A DNA stretch of 64,000 nucleotides from Clostridia bacterium. GTDB taxonomy: Bacteria > Bacillota > Clostridia > Christensenellales > CAG-138. Where the stretch lies: the NCBI GenBank assembly GCA_017428025.1, contig JAFRRO010000091.1:8152-72151 (forward strand), in the 5' to 3' direction. The notes under the pieces are model-generated. The model had not been told where the DNA came from, ran no database searches, and worked only from the letters and a program-made list of their open reading frames with translations. The position numbers and the translations under genes were made by a program. Shown here one piece after another: positions 42,378-52,968 of this stretch (positions within the stretch are counted from its first letter, which is position 1; each line of letters begins with the position of its first letter).

Positions 42378-44621
42378 TTATTTGTTCTGCGCCGCGTAGT
42401 AGTTCATCAGGCACCCTTCGAGGATGATCGTCTTTTCGTCCTCGGTCAGCCCCTTGACATACAGCATCAGGTCTTCGACCGTGCCGTCCTTTCTGATCGC
42501 CTTTGCGGGGATCTCCTCGATGCCGTTTTCGATCGCCGCGCGGATGCCGGGCACGAACACGAAGTCGCCTTCCTCGTACGGGAACGCGTCGCCTTCCCTG
42601 AGCGTGAACGGCACGATGCCCCAGTTGATGCAGTTGCTGCGATAGCGCTTGGTCGCGTACTCATAGCAGATGTTCGCAAAGCCGCCGAGCACCTTCTGGC
42701 AGGACGCCGCCTGTTCGCGCGCGGAGCCGTCGCCCGGCTTGTTCGCAAACACGCAGGAGCCGAACTGGGTGTTCTGCAAAAGCTCGTCCGCATTGCCGAC
42801 CGCGGAGAGCGCCTTCACGAGCTTTTCGGGCTTCTCGCCTGCACGGCGCGCCGCCTCGTCCTTCGAGACCGCCTTGGAGCGTCCGACGTATTCCGGCACT
42901 CTGCGGGAGAGCGCAAACTCGGAAAGGCGGAGCGGGTTGGAGCGATAGGAGGACGTTTCGCCGGACGGAATCAGCTCGTCGGTCGTGGTGACCGGATCGC
43001 GGATGACCGCATCCAGCTCCACAAGCAGGTTCTCGGTCAGCGGATACATCTTCGGCCAGTCGGTGATGTTGGGCCCGAGGATGAGCTCCTCTTCGGGATG
43101 CGCGTGCGCAAAGCCGTTGTAGCAGCGCTTTGCATACACGGCGTCGTCGAACACGTACGGGATACGCTCGGTCTCGTACTCGACGTCGGTCGCGGCGGTG
43201 ATGTAGCCGCCGTTCTTCGCAGTCGCCGCAATGGAGCGGGAATCCATCAGCGCAACGACGGAAATCTGTCCCTCGCCGGGCTTGCTGCCTTCGCGGTTCG
43301 GGAAGTTGCGCGTGGTGTGACGCAGCGACAGCCCGTTGTTCGCAGGCACGTCGCCCGCGCCGAAGCACGGTCCGCAGAACGACGGCTTGATGATCGCGCC
43401 TGCTTCGAGCAGGGCTTCGGTCTTGCCGTTTCTCGTCAGCGCAAGGCTCGTCGGAACGCTCGTCGGGTACACCGAGAAGGAGAAGTAGCCGTTGCCGGTG
43501 CTGCCGCCCTTCAGGATGTCCGCAGCTTCCACGATGTTGTCGAACAGACCGCCGGAGCAGCCCGCGATCACGCCCTGATCCGCAAGGACGCCCTTTTCGC
43601 TGATCTTGCTCTGCAGATCGAGATGCGCCTTCGGGAACTTCTTCTTCGCTTCCTCCTCGACCTTTGCAAGGATCTCTTTCGGATTCTTGAGGAACTCGTG
43701 GATCGTGTACGCATTGGAGGGATGGAACGGCAGCGCGATCATGGATTCGACCTTGTCGAGCTCGATCGTGATGATCGCGTCGTAGTATGCGCCTTCCGCG
43801 GGTTCGAGCTTCTCGTACGCATACGGGCGCTTGTGGATCTCATAATACTTCTTGATCTCGTCGTCGGTCGCCCAGATCGAGGAGAGGCAGGTCGTTTCGG
43901 TCGTCATGACGTCGACGCCGCTGCGGAAATCGTAGGGCAGGTTCTTGAGACCGGGGCCGGCAAATTCGAGGACCTTGTTCTTCACAAGACCGTCGGCAAA
44001 CGTCGCCTTGACGAGCGCGAGCGCGACGTCGTGCGGACCGACGCCCTTCTTGGGCGCGCCGGTGAGATAGCACAGCACGACTTCCGGGGGCTTGACGTCG
44101 TAGGTGTTCTTCAGAAGCTGCTTGACGAGCTCCGGACCGCCTTCGCCGACGCCCATCGTGCCGAGCGCGCCGTAACGCGTGTGGCTGTCCGAGCCGAGGA
44201 TCATGTTGCCGCAGGTGGCAAGCTCTTCACGCGCGTAGGAATGGATGACGCTCTGGTTTGCCGGAACGTAGATGCCGCCGTACTTCTTCGCCGCCGAGAG
44301 ACCGAACACATGGTCGTCCTCGTTGATCGTACCGCCGACCGCGCAAAGGCTGTTGTGGCAGTTTGTCATGGCGTACGGAATCGGGAATTCCTTGAGCCCG
44401 CTGGCGCGCGCCGTCTGGATGATGCCGACATAGGTGATGTCGTGCGAAACCAGCGCGTCAAAACGGATGTGCATGACGCCGCCTTCGTTCGATTCGCTGT
44501 GTGCTTCAAGGATCCGGTACGCAATCGTGCCCTCGCGTCCCTCCGCCTTGTTGATGCCTTCCGGCGCGGGCGTCGGTGCGCCGTCCTTCCACAGCATGCC
44601 CTGTGCATGATACTGGATCAT
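42378..44621 (-). CDS. Aconitase-family hydratase (YbhJ-like)
   Basis: [60 protein letters not shown]. Confidence 0.9.
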   Translation of the reverse strand: MIQYHAQGMLWKDGAPTPAPEGINKAEGREGTIAYRILEAHSESNEGGVMHIRFDALVSHDITYVGIIQTARASGLKEFPIPYAMTNCHNSLCAVGGTINEDDHVFGLSAAKKYGGIYVPANQSVIHSYAREELATCGNMILGSDSHTRYGALGTMGVGEGGPELVKQLLKNTYDVKPPEVVLCYLTGAPKKGVGPHDVALALVKATFADGLVKNKVLEFAGPGLKNLPYDFRSGVDVMTTETTCLSSIWATDDEIKKYYEIHKRPYAYEKLEPAEGAYYDAIITIELDKVESMIALPFHPSNAYTIHEFLKNPKEILAKVEEEAKKKFPKAHLDLQSKISEKGVLADQGVIAGCSGGLFDNIVEAADILKGGSTGNGYFSFSVYPTSVPTSLALTRNGKTEALLEAGAIIKPSFCGPCFGAGDVPANNGLSLRHTTRNFPNREGSKPGEGQISVVALMDSRSIAATAKNGGYITAATDVEYETERIPYVFDDAVYAKRCYNGFAHAHPEEELILGPNITDWPKMYPLTENLLVELDAVIRDPVTTTDELIPSGETSSYRSNPLRLSEFALSRRVPEYVGRSKAVSKDEAARRAGEKPEKLVKALSAVGNADELLQNTQFGSCVFANKPGDGSAREQAASCQKVLGGFANICYEYATKRYRSNCINWGIVPFTLREGDAFPYEEGDFVFVPGIRAAIENGIEEIPAKAIRKDGTVEDLMLYVKGLTEDEKTIILEGCLMNYYAAQNK

Positions 44622-44730
44622 TTCTTCTTAGCCCTCCGATTCAAATTTCGGCAACGGTGAAAGCACCGTTTCTTCCACATACAATTATAAGAGCATCGCT
44701 GTATATTTTCAAATAGTATTTTTATAAATT

Positions 44731-44751
44731 ATCATAGAGAATCTCTATGAT
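44731..44751. promoter_or_regulatory. LysR-type operator in the hydratase/citC divergent region
   Basis: Perfect inverted repeat ATCATAGAGA-A-TCTCTATGAT containing T-N11-A (44735-44747). Confidence 0.65.
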
Positions 44752-44895
44752 TGTGCAAATGGGGCTTGCGAAAGGCGGCGGACATCTGCTATACTGTTTT
44801 TGCAGGGCAGTGCGGGAAAAAACGCCGGTTTCGCGTTGTTTCCGACAGATTATGACGGTCCTGCGCGAGATTTTGAACCGACAGGGGAGGCAAAC

Positions 44896-45876
44896 ATGGA
44901 TCTTTCGCTGCTTCCGGCGCCGCTGAAAGGCAGAATGGCGGCGCGTTATAAAGATTTTCTATCCACATGCGGGCTGAGGGACGAAGCGGATGCAGACGTG
45001 ATCGCGCTGATGACGGACGACGATCTGAACGTCGTCGCCTGCGGCGCGCGCGCGGGACACACGCTGAAGCAGTTCGCCGTTTCTCCGGATTTCGAGGGCG
45101 GCGGCGCGTGCGCTTCGGTGCTGTCCGCGCTGATCAACGACGCGGTGCGCGCGGGAATTACGCGCCTGTTTCTCTGCACAAAGCCGAAGAACGTCCAGAT
45201 GTTCGCCTCGATGGGCTTCTATCCGATCGTCGAAACGAAGGACGCCGTGTTGATGGAGGACCGCAAAAACGGCTTCACCGACTACCTTGCCTCGCTGCCG
45301 CGGTACGAGGGCACGTGCGGCGCGATCGTCATGAACGGCGATCCCTTCACGAAGGGGCATCTGCATCTTTGCGAATACGCCGCGCGGCACTGCGACCATC
45401 TGTACGTCTTTTCCGTCTCCGAGACGGGATCGATGTTCCCGCCCGAACAGCGCTTCGACATGCTCAAGGCCGGAACGGCGCATCTCGAAAACTGTCACGT
45501 CGTGCGCACCGATCAGTACCTCGTCTCGCGCGAGACGTTTCCCGCCTATTTCATCCGCGACGAGGAGCATGCCGACAAGGTCAAAGCCGATCTCGACGTC
45601 GAGCTGTTCCGCAAACGCATCGCGCCCGCGCTGCATATCACAAAGCGTTTCGTCGGCGAGGAGCCGTTTTCGCCGACCACCTTTGCCTACAACCGCCGCA
45701 TGCAGGAGCTTTTGCCCGAATGCGGCATCGAATTCTGCGAGATTCCGCGGCTCGATTCCATCAGCGCAAGCCGTGTGCGCCGTCTGATCCGCGAAGGCAG
45801 GATCGAAGAAACCCGCGAACTCGTTCCGGAGACCACCTATGAAGCCATTCTCCGTCACATTGGAACAGATGCTTGA
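44896..45876 (+). CDS. citC: [Citrate (pro-3S)-lyase] ligase
   Basis: N-terminal GNAT-like region; GAIVMNGDPFTKGH, YLVSRETFPAYF, RFVGEEPFS, ISASRVR. Confidence 0.85.
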   Translation: MDLSLLPAPLKGRMAARYKDFLSTCGLRDEADADVIALMTDDDLNVVACGARAGHTLKQFAVSPDFEGGGACASVLSALINDAVRAGITRLFLCTKPKNVQMFASMGFYPIVETKDAVLMEDRKNGFTDYLASLPRYEGTCGAIVMNGDPFTKGHLHLCEYAARHCDHLYVFSVSETGSMFPPEQRFDMLKAGTAHLENCHVVRTDQYLVSRETFPAYFIRDEEHADKVKADLDVELFRKRIAPALHITKRFVGEEPFSPTTFAYNRRMQELLPECGIEFCEIPRLDSISASRVRRLIREGRIEETRELVPETTYEAILRHIGTDA

Positions 45877-47137
45877 CGCGCGCGAACGCCGCGCGCGGGC
45901 ACAGGCGGAACTGCTGCGGGAAGCGCCTCCTTCGCGCTGCCTTGTTTCGCTGTCGCTGAATATCGCGGGCGACGTCAAGCGCACGCCCAAAACGCGTCTG
46001 CTGTTTTTGCAGGGACTCAAGGCGTTCGACGCGCTCGGCTTTCCGGAGATTGCGCGCCGCGTCACCGACGAAGTCACCGGCACGGAAGCGCTGATTCTGC
46101 TCGAAGCGCCTGCGGACGCGGTCAAGGCGGCGACGGAGCGCATCGAGGAAGCGTCTGCGGCGGCAAGGCTCTACGACTTCGACGTGCTCGATCATACCGG
46201 CGAAAAGCTTTCGCGCAAGGAACCGCGGCGCTGCCTCGTCTGCGGCGGTCCGGTCTCCGTCTGCGCCCGTTCGCGCGCGCACGGACTGGATGCGGTCAAA
46301 GCGGCGACCGACGCGCTGCTCGACGCGTTCTGTTCCGACACGCTGGCGTATACGGCGCACTTTGCGCTGGAACGCGAGCTCTTTACGACGCCGAAACCGG
46401 GGCTTGTGGACCGGAACAACAACGGCGCGCATACGGATATGGATGTGCCGCTGTTCCGCAGGAGCGCGGCGTCGCTCGTGCCGTATTTTCAATCCGCCGT
46501 GCGGCTCGGGCTTGCCGGAGCGGGCATGGCGCCGCTGAAGGAAGCCGGACTCGAAGCCGAACGCGCGATGTTTTCCGCGACGAACGGCGTCAACACGCAC
46601 AAGGGCATGATCTATTCGATGGGGCTGCTGCTGTACGGCATGGGAGAATCGCTGAGCTTCGGCGGCGACGCGATCGAACACGCGGCGCAGCTTGCGCGGA
46701 CTGACGCCGAAGCCCGCCTTGCGCATGCGATGGAATGCCGCGATACCAACGGCGGCGCGGTTTATGCCGCAACGGGCGCAACAGGCGCGGTCGGCGAGGC
46801 GGCGAAGGGCTTTCCGCACGCCGTGTTCTGCCAGGATCGGCTCGCGCGGTATAGGAGCGCGGGCGAACAGAATCCGGGCGTGCTTGCGCTTTGCGATACG
46901 ATGGCGATTCTCGAGGATACGAACCTGCTGCACCGCGGCGGCGCGGACGGGCTTGCGTTTGTGCAGAGCGAGGCAAAGCGCATCGCCTCATTGCCGGAAA
47001 ACGAGCGCGAAGGTGCGCTGCTTGCGCTCGATGCGGAACTGATCCGCCGCAATCTCTCGCCCGGCGGCAGCGCGGACATGCTTGCGCTCGCGTATCTCAT
47101 CGACGCATGGCGCAGTCTTCGGGAGGCGGAGCTATGA
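45839..47137 (+). CDS. citXG: Fused CitX/CitG (holo-ACP synthase and triphosphoribosyl-dephospho-CoA synthase)
   Basis: CitX motifs LEQMLDARERR, RLYDFDV and RRCLVCG..CARSRAH; CitG motifs PKPGLVD, GAHTDMD, NTHKG, DTNLLHRGG and SPGGSADML. Confidence 0.88.
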   Translation: MKPFSVTLEQMLDARERRARAQAELLREAPPSRCLVSLSLNIAGDVKRTPKTRLLFLQGLKAFDALGFPEIARRVTDEVTGTEALILLEAPADAVKAATERIEEASAAARLYDFDVLDHTGEKLSRKEPRRCLVCGGPVSVCARSRAHGLDAVKAATDALLDAFCSDTLAYTAHFALERELFTTPKPGLVDRNNNGAHTDMDVPLFRRSAASLVPYFQSAVRLGLAGAGMAPLKEAGLEAERAMFSATNGVNTHKGMIYSMGLLLYGMGESLSFGGDAIEHAAQLARTDAEARLAHAMECRDTNGGAVYAATGATGAVGEAAKGFPHAVFCQDRLARYRSAGEQNPGVLALCDTMAILEDTNLLHRGGADGLAFVQSEAKRIASLPENEREGALLALDAELIRRNLSPGGSADMLALAYLIDAWRSLREAEL

Positions 47138-48030
47138 CGTTGCAGCAGCTTCGGTATTTCTGTGTGACCGCGGAGGTTTTGCACTACACGCGCGCCGCGG
47201 ATCTTCTGTACATTTCGCAGCCGAGCCTGTCCTATGCGCTCTCCAAGCTCGAAAAGGAACTCAACATGCCGCTGTTCGAGAAGCGCGGCAAGCAGATCGC
47301 GCTGACCACCTACGGCGCGGAGTTTCTGCCCTATGCAAAGCGCGCGCTTTCGGAGCTTTCGAAGGGGCAGGAGCGATTGAAGGAGCTGCGCGCGCCGAGC
47401 GCGGGCATCATCAACCTCGGTTATATCTACAGCGTCAGCTTCTCGGTGCTGCCGACGTTCGTCGACCGGTTCTACGCGCATTACGGCAGCCGCCAGACCG
47501 CGTTCCGCTTCCATCAGGGCATGGCGGGCGTGCTGATCGAACAGCTGCTGAACGGTTCGCTGGACCTGTTGATCGCCGGAAAGCCCGACATCGATTCGAT
47601 CGACTACCTGCCGATCGCAAGTCAGGAGCTGTTTCTGGCGGTCCCCGCGTCGCACCGGCTCGCCTCGCGCGAGGCGGTCACGCTTTCGGAGATACGCGAC
47701 GAGCAGTTCATCTCGATCACGCACGACGCGATCATCTACCGGCAGCTTGCCGACCGGTTCAAGCAGGCGGATTTCGTGCCGAACATCGTCTTTGAAGCGG
47801 ACGAATACAGCTCGATCGCCGCGTCGGTCACGATCGGCGCGGGCGTCGCCATCGTGCCAAAGCTGCCCGTGCTTGACAATTTCAATCTCAGGCTGATCCC
47901 GTTCGCCGACACCGACATGAAGCGCGACGTGTGCATGCTGCGCTACCGGATGCATACCCTTTCGCCCGCGGCGGAAAGCGTCTGGTCGTTTGCAAGGCAG
48001 GTGTCCGAGGAGTTTTCCTCACGGCGGTAA
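47134..48030 (+). CDS. LysR family transcriptional regulator
   Basis: MTLQQLRYF..AEVLHYTRAADLLYISQPSLSYALSKLEKEL HTH plus substrate-binding domain. Confidence 0.93.
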   Translation: MTLQQLRYFCVTAEVLHYTRAADLLYISQPSLSYALSKLEKELNMPLFEKRGKQIALTTYGAEFLPYAKRALSELSKGQERLKELRAPSAGIINLGYIYSVSFSVLPTFVDRFYAHYGSRQTAFRFHQGMAGVLIEQLLNGSLDLLIAGKPDIDSIDYLPIASQELFLAVPASHRLASREAVTLSEIRDEQFISITHDAIIYRQLADRFKQADFVPNIVFEADEYSSIAASVTIGAGVAIVPKLPVLDNFNLRLIPFADTDMKRDVCMLRYRMHTLSPAAESVWSFARQVSEEFSSRR

Positions 48031-48032
48031 AC

Positions 48033-48061
48033 AAAAAGATCCCCGGTCCGGGGATCTTTTT
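48033..48061. terminator. Bidirectional terminator
   Basis: AAAAAGATCCCCGG-T-CCGGGGATCTTTTT. Confidence 0.7.
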
Positions 48062-48072
48062 CCATGCTTTGA

Positions 48073-48480
48073 TCAGTCCTGCGGCATCGTCGAGGGATCG
48101 ACGCGTTCGAGCAGGAAGGTGTTCTGGATAAAGCCCATCTTCATATGCACCTTCATGCACACATGCGGATCCTCGGGCGTGAGGTTCACGACCGGATCGT
48201 TGCATTTGCGGTTCATGCCGCAGACGACGTGCAGCTTATAGCTGCCGTACGGAAGCGGAAAGATCAGCGATTCGCGGTTCGCGATCGCGCCGAACGGGAC
48301 ATCGTTGACATAGATGCCGAAGCCGGTTGCCGCACCCATCATATTGCCCATGCGGTACAGGGAAATCGAGGCGGGCGCATCGACGCCGATCGGCGTCCCG
48401 CATTTCGGGCAGGGACCGCTGCCGGACAGATTGATGATTTCTCCGCATTTCGGACATTTGACGCGATATCGTTTTGCCAT
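48073..48480 (-). CDS. Zinc-ribbon hypothetical protein
   Basis: CPKCG..CPKCG followed by a beta-rich domain; SD GGAGG; own promoter. Confidence 0.7.
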   Translation of the reverse strand: MAKRYRVKCPKCGEIINLSGSGPCPKCGTPIGVDAPASISLYRMGNMMGAATGFGIYVNDVPFGAIANRESLIFPLPYGSYKLHVVCGMNRKCNDPVVNLTPEDPHVCMKVHMKMGFIQNTFLLERVDPSTMPQD

Positions 48481-48511
48481 AGAAAATACCTCCGTTGATT
48501 ATTTCATATAT

Positions 48512-48540
48512 ATTATAGAATGCGGGAGCGCGAAAGTCAA
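48512..48540 (-). promoter_or_regulatory. Near-consensus sigma-A promoter
   Basis: TTGACT-17 bp-TATAAT on the minus strand. Confidence 0.7.
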
Positions 48541-48654
48541 TGCGCGTGCGCTCATTCCGTAAATGTAACTTTTTTTCGATCGGCTTGCAACGTGCGCGCA
48601 TATCCGTTACAATAGGAACAGCGTCAAATCGCCAATCCGAATACGGAGGCTTTT

Positions 48655-49764
48655 ATGAAAACCGGATTTCGCATACTGAGTCTGATCTGCATCATACTGT
48701 TCTCTTTTGCGGCGTGTACCGAAACGGCGCAGCCCGCCGAACCGACGCCCGTCGCCGAAGCGCCGACGCCGGAATCGAACGATCCGGACACCGTCCTGAT
48801 CGTCACCACGGAACCGCCGACGCCGGAACCCACGCCGGAACCGACGCCGGAACCGACGGCAACGCCGACGCCGGAGCCCACGGCAACGCCGGCACCGACG
48901 CGCGCTCCGAAAGCGGGCGACATCGCCGTAAACTTTCCGGATTTTGACACCGGCGCGGATGCGGATTACAGCTATCAGAGCGACGAGCTGCGCATCGCGA
49001 TCAAGGTGGTCGTCGACAGCGAAGCGAAGCAAACCTATTATATCGCCGACATCTGGATGCGCAACATCAGCTCGTTCCGCACGGGGTTCGGCAAGGGACA
49101 GTTCAAGAAGGGCGTGGAGGACGGCGACAAGCTTGCCCGCCGCGAAAACGCGATCCTTGCGGTCAACGGCAGCTACAATCAGGGCCTTGTGATCCGGTCC
49201 GGCGAGCTGTTGCAGCGGCTGCGCGCCAACAAAGGCTGGAACTCGGACTCCGCCTGCATCATCTACAAAAACGGCACGATGAAGACCTTCCGGCTCAAAA
49301 AGGAGCCGCTGAATCCCAAGGAGGAGATCAAAAACGGCGCGTGGTTCGGCTGGCAGTTCGGACCGATCCTGATTCGTGATTATGAACCGTTTGCGGGCGC
49401 GACCGCGCACGGCGAGCTCGGCTACAAGGCGCGCAACATGCTCGGCTATTACGAGCCGGGACACTATGTGATCGTCAACTGCGACGCCTACCGCGACGAC
49501 GCCAAGGGCATGACGGCGCAGATGATGGTGGACCTGATGAAGTCGCTCGGCGTCAAGGACGCATTCAACCTCGACGGCGGTACGAGCGCGGTCATGGTCT
49601 TTATGGGCGAGGTCATCAACCGCCCGACGCCGCGCATCGAGAACGGCAAAAAGGTCCCCGGCCGTCCGCTTCTGGACATGCTGCTCTTTGCCGAATACGA
49701 TGAAAACGGCGTCGCGCCGGACCTGTCCACGCTGCAGGCGGACAAGTTCATGAACAAAAACTGA
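48655..49764 (+). CDS. Phosphodiester glycosidase (NAGPA/DUF2233) family lipoprotein
   Basis: Lipobox FAAC, PTPE linker, NAILAVNG, WQFGPIL, ARNMLGY, AFNLDGGTS. Confidence 0.8.
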   Translation: MKTGFRILSLICIILFSFAACTETAQPAEPTPVAEAPTPESNDPDTVLIVTTEPPTPEPTPEPTPEPTATPTPEPTATPAPTRAPKAGDIAVNFPDFDTGADADYSYQSDELRIAIKVVVDSEAKQTYYIADIWMRNISSFRTGFGKGQFKKGVEDGDKLARRENAILAVNGSYNQGLVIRSGELLQRLRANKGWNSDSACIIYKNGTMKTFRLKKEPLNPKEEIKNGAWFGWQFGPILIRDYEPFAGATAHGELGYKARNMLGYYEPGHYVIVNCDAYRDDAKGMTAQMMVDLMKSLGVKDAFNLDGGTSAVMVFMGEVINRPTPRIENGKKVPGRPLLDMLLFAEYDENGVAPDLSTLQADKFMNKN

Positions 49765-49895
49765 CAAACGCACCCGGGCGCCCGCAAAGGCGCCCCTTAT
49801 TTGCCCTTTCGCCGCGTATGTGAACTACGTTCAAATCTTGCATGCTGCGCATGCAAAAGAAATCGACCCCGCCTAACGGCGAAGTCGATTTCTTG

Positions 49896-49972
49896 TGGCG
49901 TGCCCGACACGATTTGAACGTGCGGCCTTCAGAGTCGGAGTCTGACGCTCTATCCAGCTGAGCTACGGGCAC
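49896..49972 (-). tRNA. tRNA-Arg(CCG)
   Basis: GTGCCCGTAGCTCAGCTGGATAGAGCG-TCAGA-CTCCGAC-TCTGA-AGGCCGCACGTTCAAATCGTGTCGGGCACGCCA forms a cloverleaf with encoded CCA. Confidence 0.95.
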
Positions 49973-49989
49973 AGGTTTTTTGCCTGCCT

Positions 49990-50018
49990 ATTATAACACA
50001 GCTTTCTGTTCGTTGCAA
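49990..50018 (-). promoter_or_regulatory. Sigma-A promoter of tRNA-Arg
   Basis: TTGCAA-17 bp-TATAAT with extended TG on the minus strand. Confidence 0.7.
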
Positions 50019-50135
50019 GCAGAAAAAACGGGAATCGCCGTTCGCGTTCGCATGCGCTTTTTGGCTTGCAAAAGCCGCGGATATCCCGTATAATGATAAT
50101 TGTACAAAAATGCAATTTGCAAAGGAGATCGAAAC

Positions 50136-51452
50136 ATGTACGAAAACAAAATCGGTGTTCTGGTACCCAATGTGATGCTTCCCCCGAAGGGGACGGACTT
50201 TTCGAAGTGGGCGGTCGTCGCGTGCGACCAGTTCACCTCGCAGCCCGAATACTGGGAGGCGGCGCGCGCCTACATCGGCGACGCTCCGACGACGCTCGAC
50301 CTGTTCCTGCCGGAAGCGTTCTTGGGCAAGGACGGCGAAGCGGAGCGCATCGCAACGATCCGCAGCAACATGCGCGAGTATATGGCGAAGGGCATCCTGG
50401 AAACCAAGCCGCAGGGCTTTGTGCTGGTCAGACGTTCCGTGGCGGGCAACACGCGCTGGGGACTTGTCATGGCGCTCGATCTCGAATGCTATGATTATAA
50501 CAAGGGCGCAACGACGCTGATCCGCGCCACCGAGGGCACGATCGTCGAGCGCATTCCGCCGCGTCTCAGAATCCGCGAGGGCGCGCCGCTGGAGCTGCCG
50601 CACATCCTCGTTCTGATCGACGATCCGAAGCGCACCGTCATCGAGCCGCTCGCCCAAAAGACCGACGCGCTCGAAACGGTCTACGACACCGATCTCATGC
50701 TTGACGGCGGTCACATCACCGGCTGGCTCGTCGACGGCAAGGCCGACGTGCAGGGCGCGATCGACGCGATGACCGCGCTGACCGACGCCGACGCGTTCCG
50801 CGCGAAGTACGGCGATCACGCGCCGCTGCTGTTCGCGATGGGCGACGGCAACCACAGCTTCGCAACCGCAAAGGCGAACTGGGAAAAGGTCAAGGCGACG
50901 CTGAGCCCCGAGGAGCAGAAGGACCATCCGGCGCGCTACGCGCTGGTCGAGGTCGAGAACGTGCACGACGACGGCATCGTCTTTGAGCCGATCCACCGCG
51001 TGCTGTTCGGCATCGGCGGCATGGAGGGCGCGGAGAAGCTGCTTCAAAAACTGAAGGCGCAAAACGGCGACGCCAGAATCGAGCTTTCCGACGACATGCC
51101 GAAAGCCTCCGGCGGCGAAGTGCACACCATCCCGTTCTGCACCGGCAGCATCTTCGGCGCGTTCGTCGTCGAGAAGCCCGCGGCGCAGCTTGCGGTCGGC
51201 ACGCTCCAGAACGCGATCGACGCGCTCCTCAAGGAGACCGAGGGCGCGGAGGTCGACTACATCCACGGCGAAGCGGTCGTGCGCGACCTCGCATCCAAGC
51301 CGGACACGATGGGCTTCCTGCTCCCCGCGATGCAAAAGTCCGAGCTGTTCCCGACCGTCGTCTACGACGGCGCGCTGCCGCGCAAGACCTTCTCGATGGG
51401 CGAAGCGAACGAAAAGCGCTACTACCTCGAGTGCCGTAAGATCGAGAAATAA
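50136..51452 (+). CDS. DUF1015 family protein
   Basis: WAVVACDQFTS, IRATEGT, ELPHIL, AMGDGNHS, LPRKTFSMG. Confidence 0.85.
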   Translation: MYENKIGVLVPNVMLPPKGTDFSKWAVVACDQFTSQPEYWEAARAYIGDAPTTLDLFLPEAFLGKDGEAERIATIRSNMREYMAKGILETKPQGFVLVRRSVAGNTRWGLVMALDLECYDYNKGATTLIRATEGTIVERIPPRLRIREGAPLELPHILVLIDDPKRTVIEPLAQKTDALETVYDTDLMLDGGHITGWLVDGKADVQGAIDAMTALTDADAFRAKYGDHAPLLFAMGDGNHSFATAKANWEKVKATLSPEEQKDHPARYALVEVENVHDDGIVFEPIHRVLFGIGGMEGAEKLLQKLKAQNGDARIELSDDMPKASGGEVHTIPFCTGSIFGAFVVEKPAAQLAVGTLQNAIDALLKETEGAEVDYIHGEAVVRDLASKPDTMGFLLPAMQKSELFPTVVYDGALPRKTFSMGEANEKRYYLECRKIEK

Positions 51453-51458
51453 GGATTG

Positions 51459-51509
51459 AAAGCCTTCCCCTTTGAGGGGAAGGCGGCGCCGAAGGCGTCG
51501 GATGAGGTG
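51459..51509 (+). repeat. REP-like double-hairpin repeat (single arm)
   Basis: AAAGCCTTCCCC-TTTGA-GGGGAAGGCGGCGCC-GAA-GGCGTCGGATGAGGTG, same family as 25145-25193. Confidence 0.8.
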
Positions 51510-51563
51510 GAAAACCGCTTTTTCGGTTATTTCTTAACAGCCCGCCCGAAATACGAGGTACGC

Positions 51564-52877
51564 ATGGTAAAGACCGTCAAGTTCGGCGGAAGCTCGCTGG
51601 CCTCCGCCGAACAGTTCCGAAAAGTCAAAGCGATCATCGAGCGTGACGCCGCAAGGCGGTACGTCGTGGTCAGCGCACCCGGAAAACGGTTTTCGGGCGA
51701 CGAGAAGATCACCGATCTTCTCTATCGCTGTCAGGCGCTTGCCGCGTCCGGTCGGCCGTTCGACGCCGATTTTTCGAAGATCGCGGACCGCTTTACGGGC
51801 ATTCGCGACGGGCTGGGGCTCGATCTTTGCATCGAAGCGGAGATCGACGAGATCCGCTCCCGCATCGAGGCGGGCACTTCGCCGGATTACGCGGCAAGCC
51901 GCGGCGAATACCTGAACGGTAAGCTATTGGCGGCATACCTCGGCGTGCCGTTTCTGGACGCGACGGAGTTTGTGCGCTTCCGCGACGACGGCACGTTCGA
52001 CGACGACGCGACGCAGCGGCGCAGCGAAGTGCTGAAAACCTATGACCGCGTGGTGATTCCGGGCTTTTACGGACGTCGGCGCGACGGTTCGATCCGCACG
52101 TTCTCGCGCGGCGGCAGCGACATCACCGGCGCGATCGTAGCGCGCGGCACGGAGAGCGACGTCTATGAGAACTGGACCGACGTTTCGGGCTTTCTGATGA
52201 CCGATCCGCGCATCGTGCCGGAGGCGCAGACGATCGAAACGGTCACGTACTCGGAACTGCGCGAGCTCAGCTACATGGGCGCGTCCGTGCTGCACGAGGA
52301 TTCGATCTTTCCGGTGCGGCGCGCGCGCATCCCGATCCACGTCCTGAACACCAACGATCCAGAGGCAAAGGGCACGATGATCGTGCCGGACAGCATGGCG
52401 GGCGACAAGGAGCACGCAAGACCGCTGACCGGCATCGCGGGACGCCGCGGCTACACGGTCATCACGCTCACCAAGGACAACCTGCACAACGAACTCGGCT
52501 TTGCCTACCGGCTCATGGGCATTCTGGCGCGCAACGGCATCTCCGCCGAGCGCATGCCCTCCGGCATCGACACGATCTCGCTCGTCATCGACGACAAGCG
52601 GCTTTCCGGCAAGATGGATCAGCTCTATCACGACATCATGATCGAGTGTTCGCCGGACACGGTCGAGATCGCCAGCTGCATCGCGCTGATCGCCTCGGTC
52701 GGCATCGGCATGGTGCGCAACCCGGGCGTGGCGGCAAAGCTCTTTACGGCGCTGTCCGAAGCCGAGGTCAACGCGCGTCTCATCGATCAGGACAGCAACG
52801 AAATGAACATCATCGTCGGCGTCGAGCAGCGCGACTTCGAGCGCGCGATCGAAGCGATCTACCGGGCGTTTGCGTAA
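51564..52877 (+). CDS. Aspartate kinase
   Basis: KFGGSSLA, VVVSAPGKR, TFSRGGSDITG, WTDVSG, ELSYMGASVLH, two ACT domains. Confidence 0.93.
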   Translation: MVKTVKFGGSSLASAEQFRKVKAIIERDAARRYVVVSAPGKRFSGDEKITDLLYRCQALAASGRPFDADFSKIADRFTGIRDGLGLDLCIEAEIDEIRSRIEAGTSPDYAASRGEYLNGKLLAAYLGVPFLDATEFVRFRDDGTFDDDATQRRSEVLKTYDRVVIPGFYGRRRDGSIRTFSRGGSDITGAIVARGTESDVYENWTDVSGFLMTDPRIVPEAQTIETVTYSELRELSYMGASVLHEDSIFPVRRARIPIHVLNTNDPEAKGTMIVPDSMAGDKEHARPLTGIAGRRGYTVITLTKDNLHNELGFAYRLMGILARNGISAERMPSGIDTISLVIDDKRLSGKMDQLYHDIMIECSPDTVEIASCIALIASVGIGMVRNPGVAAKLFTALSEAEVNARLIDQDSNEMNIIVGVEQRDFERAIEAIYRAFA

Positions 52878-52881
52878 GTTT

Positions 52882-52919
52882 CGGGCGGTTGAAAGCAATC
52901 TTTCAACCGCCCGTTTTTT
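52882..52919 (+). terminator. Rho-independent terminator
   Basis: CGGGCGGTTGAAAG-CAAT-CTTTCAACCGCCCG followed by T6. Confidence 0.75.
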
Positions 52920-52968
52920 CAGTCCCCGCCGGCGATCCCTCACAAGGGAGCCAAGAACCTGCATCCAA

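Noticed and set aside
48811-48900. Short DNA repeats in PT/PE linkers (also 2532-2587)
   Set aside because: Ordinary Pro/Thr linker coding in exported proteins.
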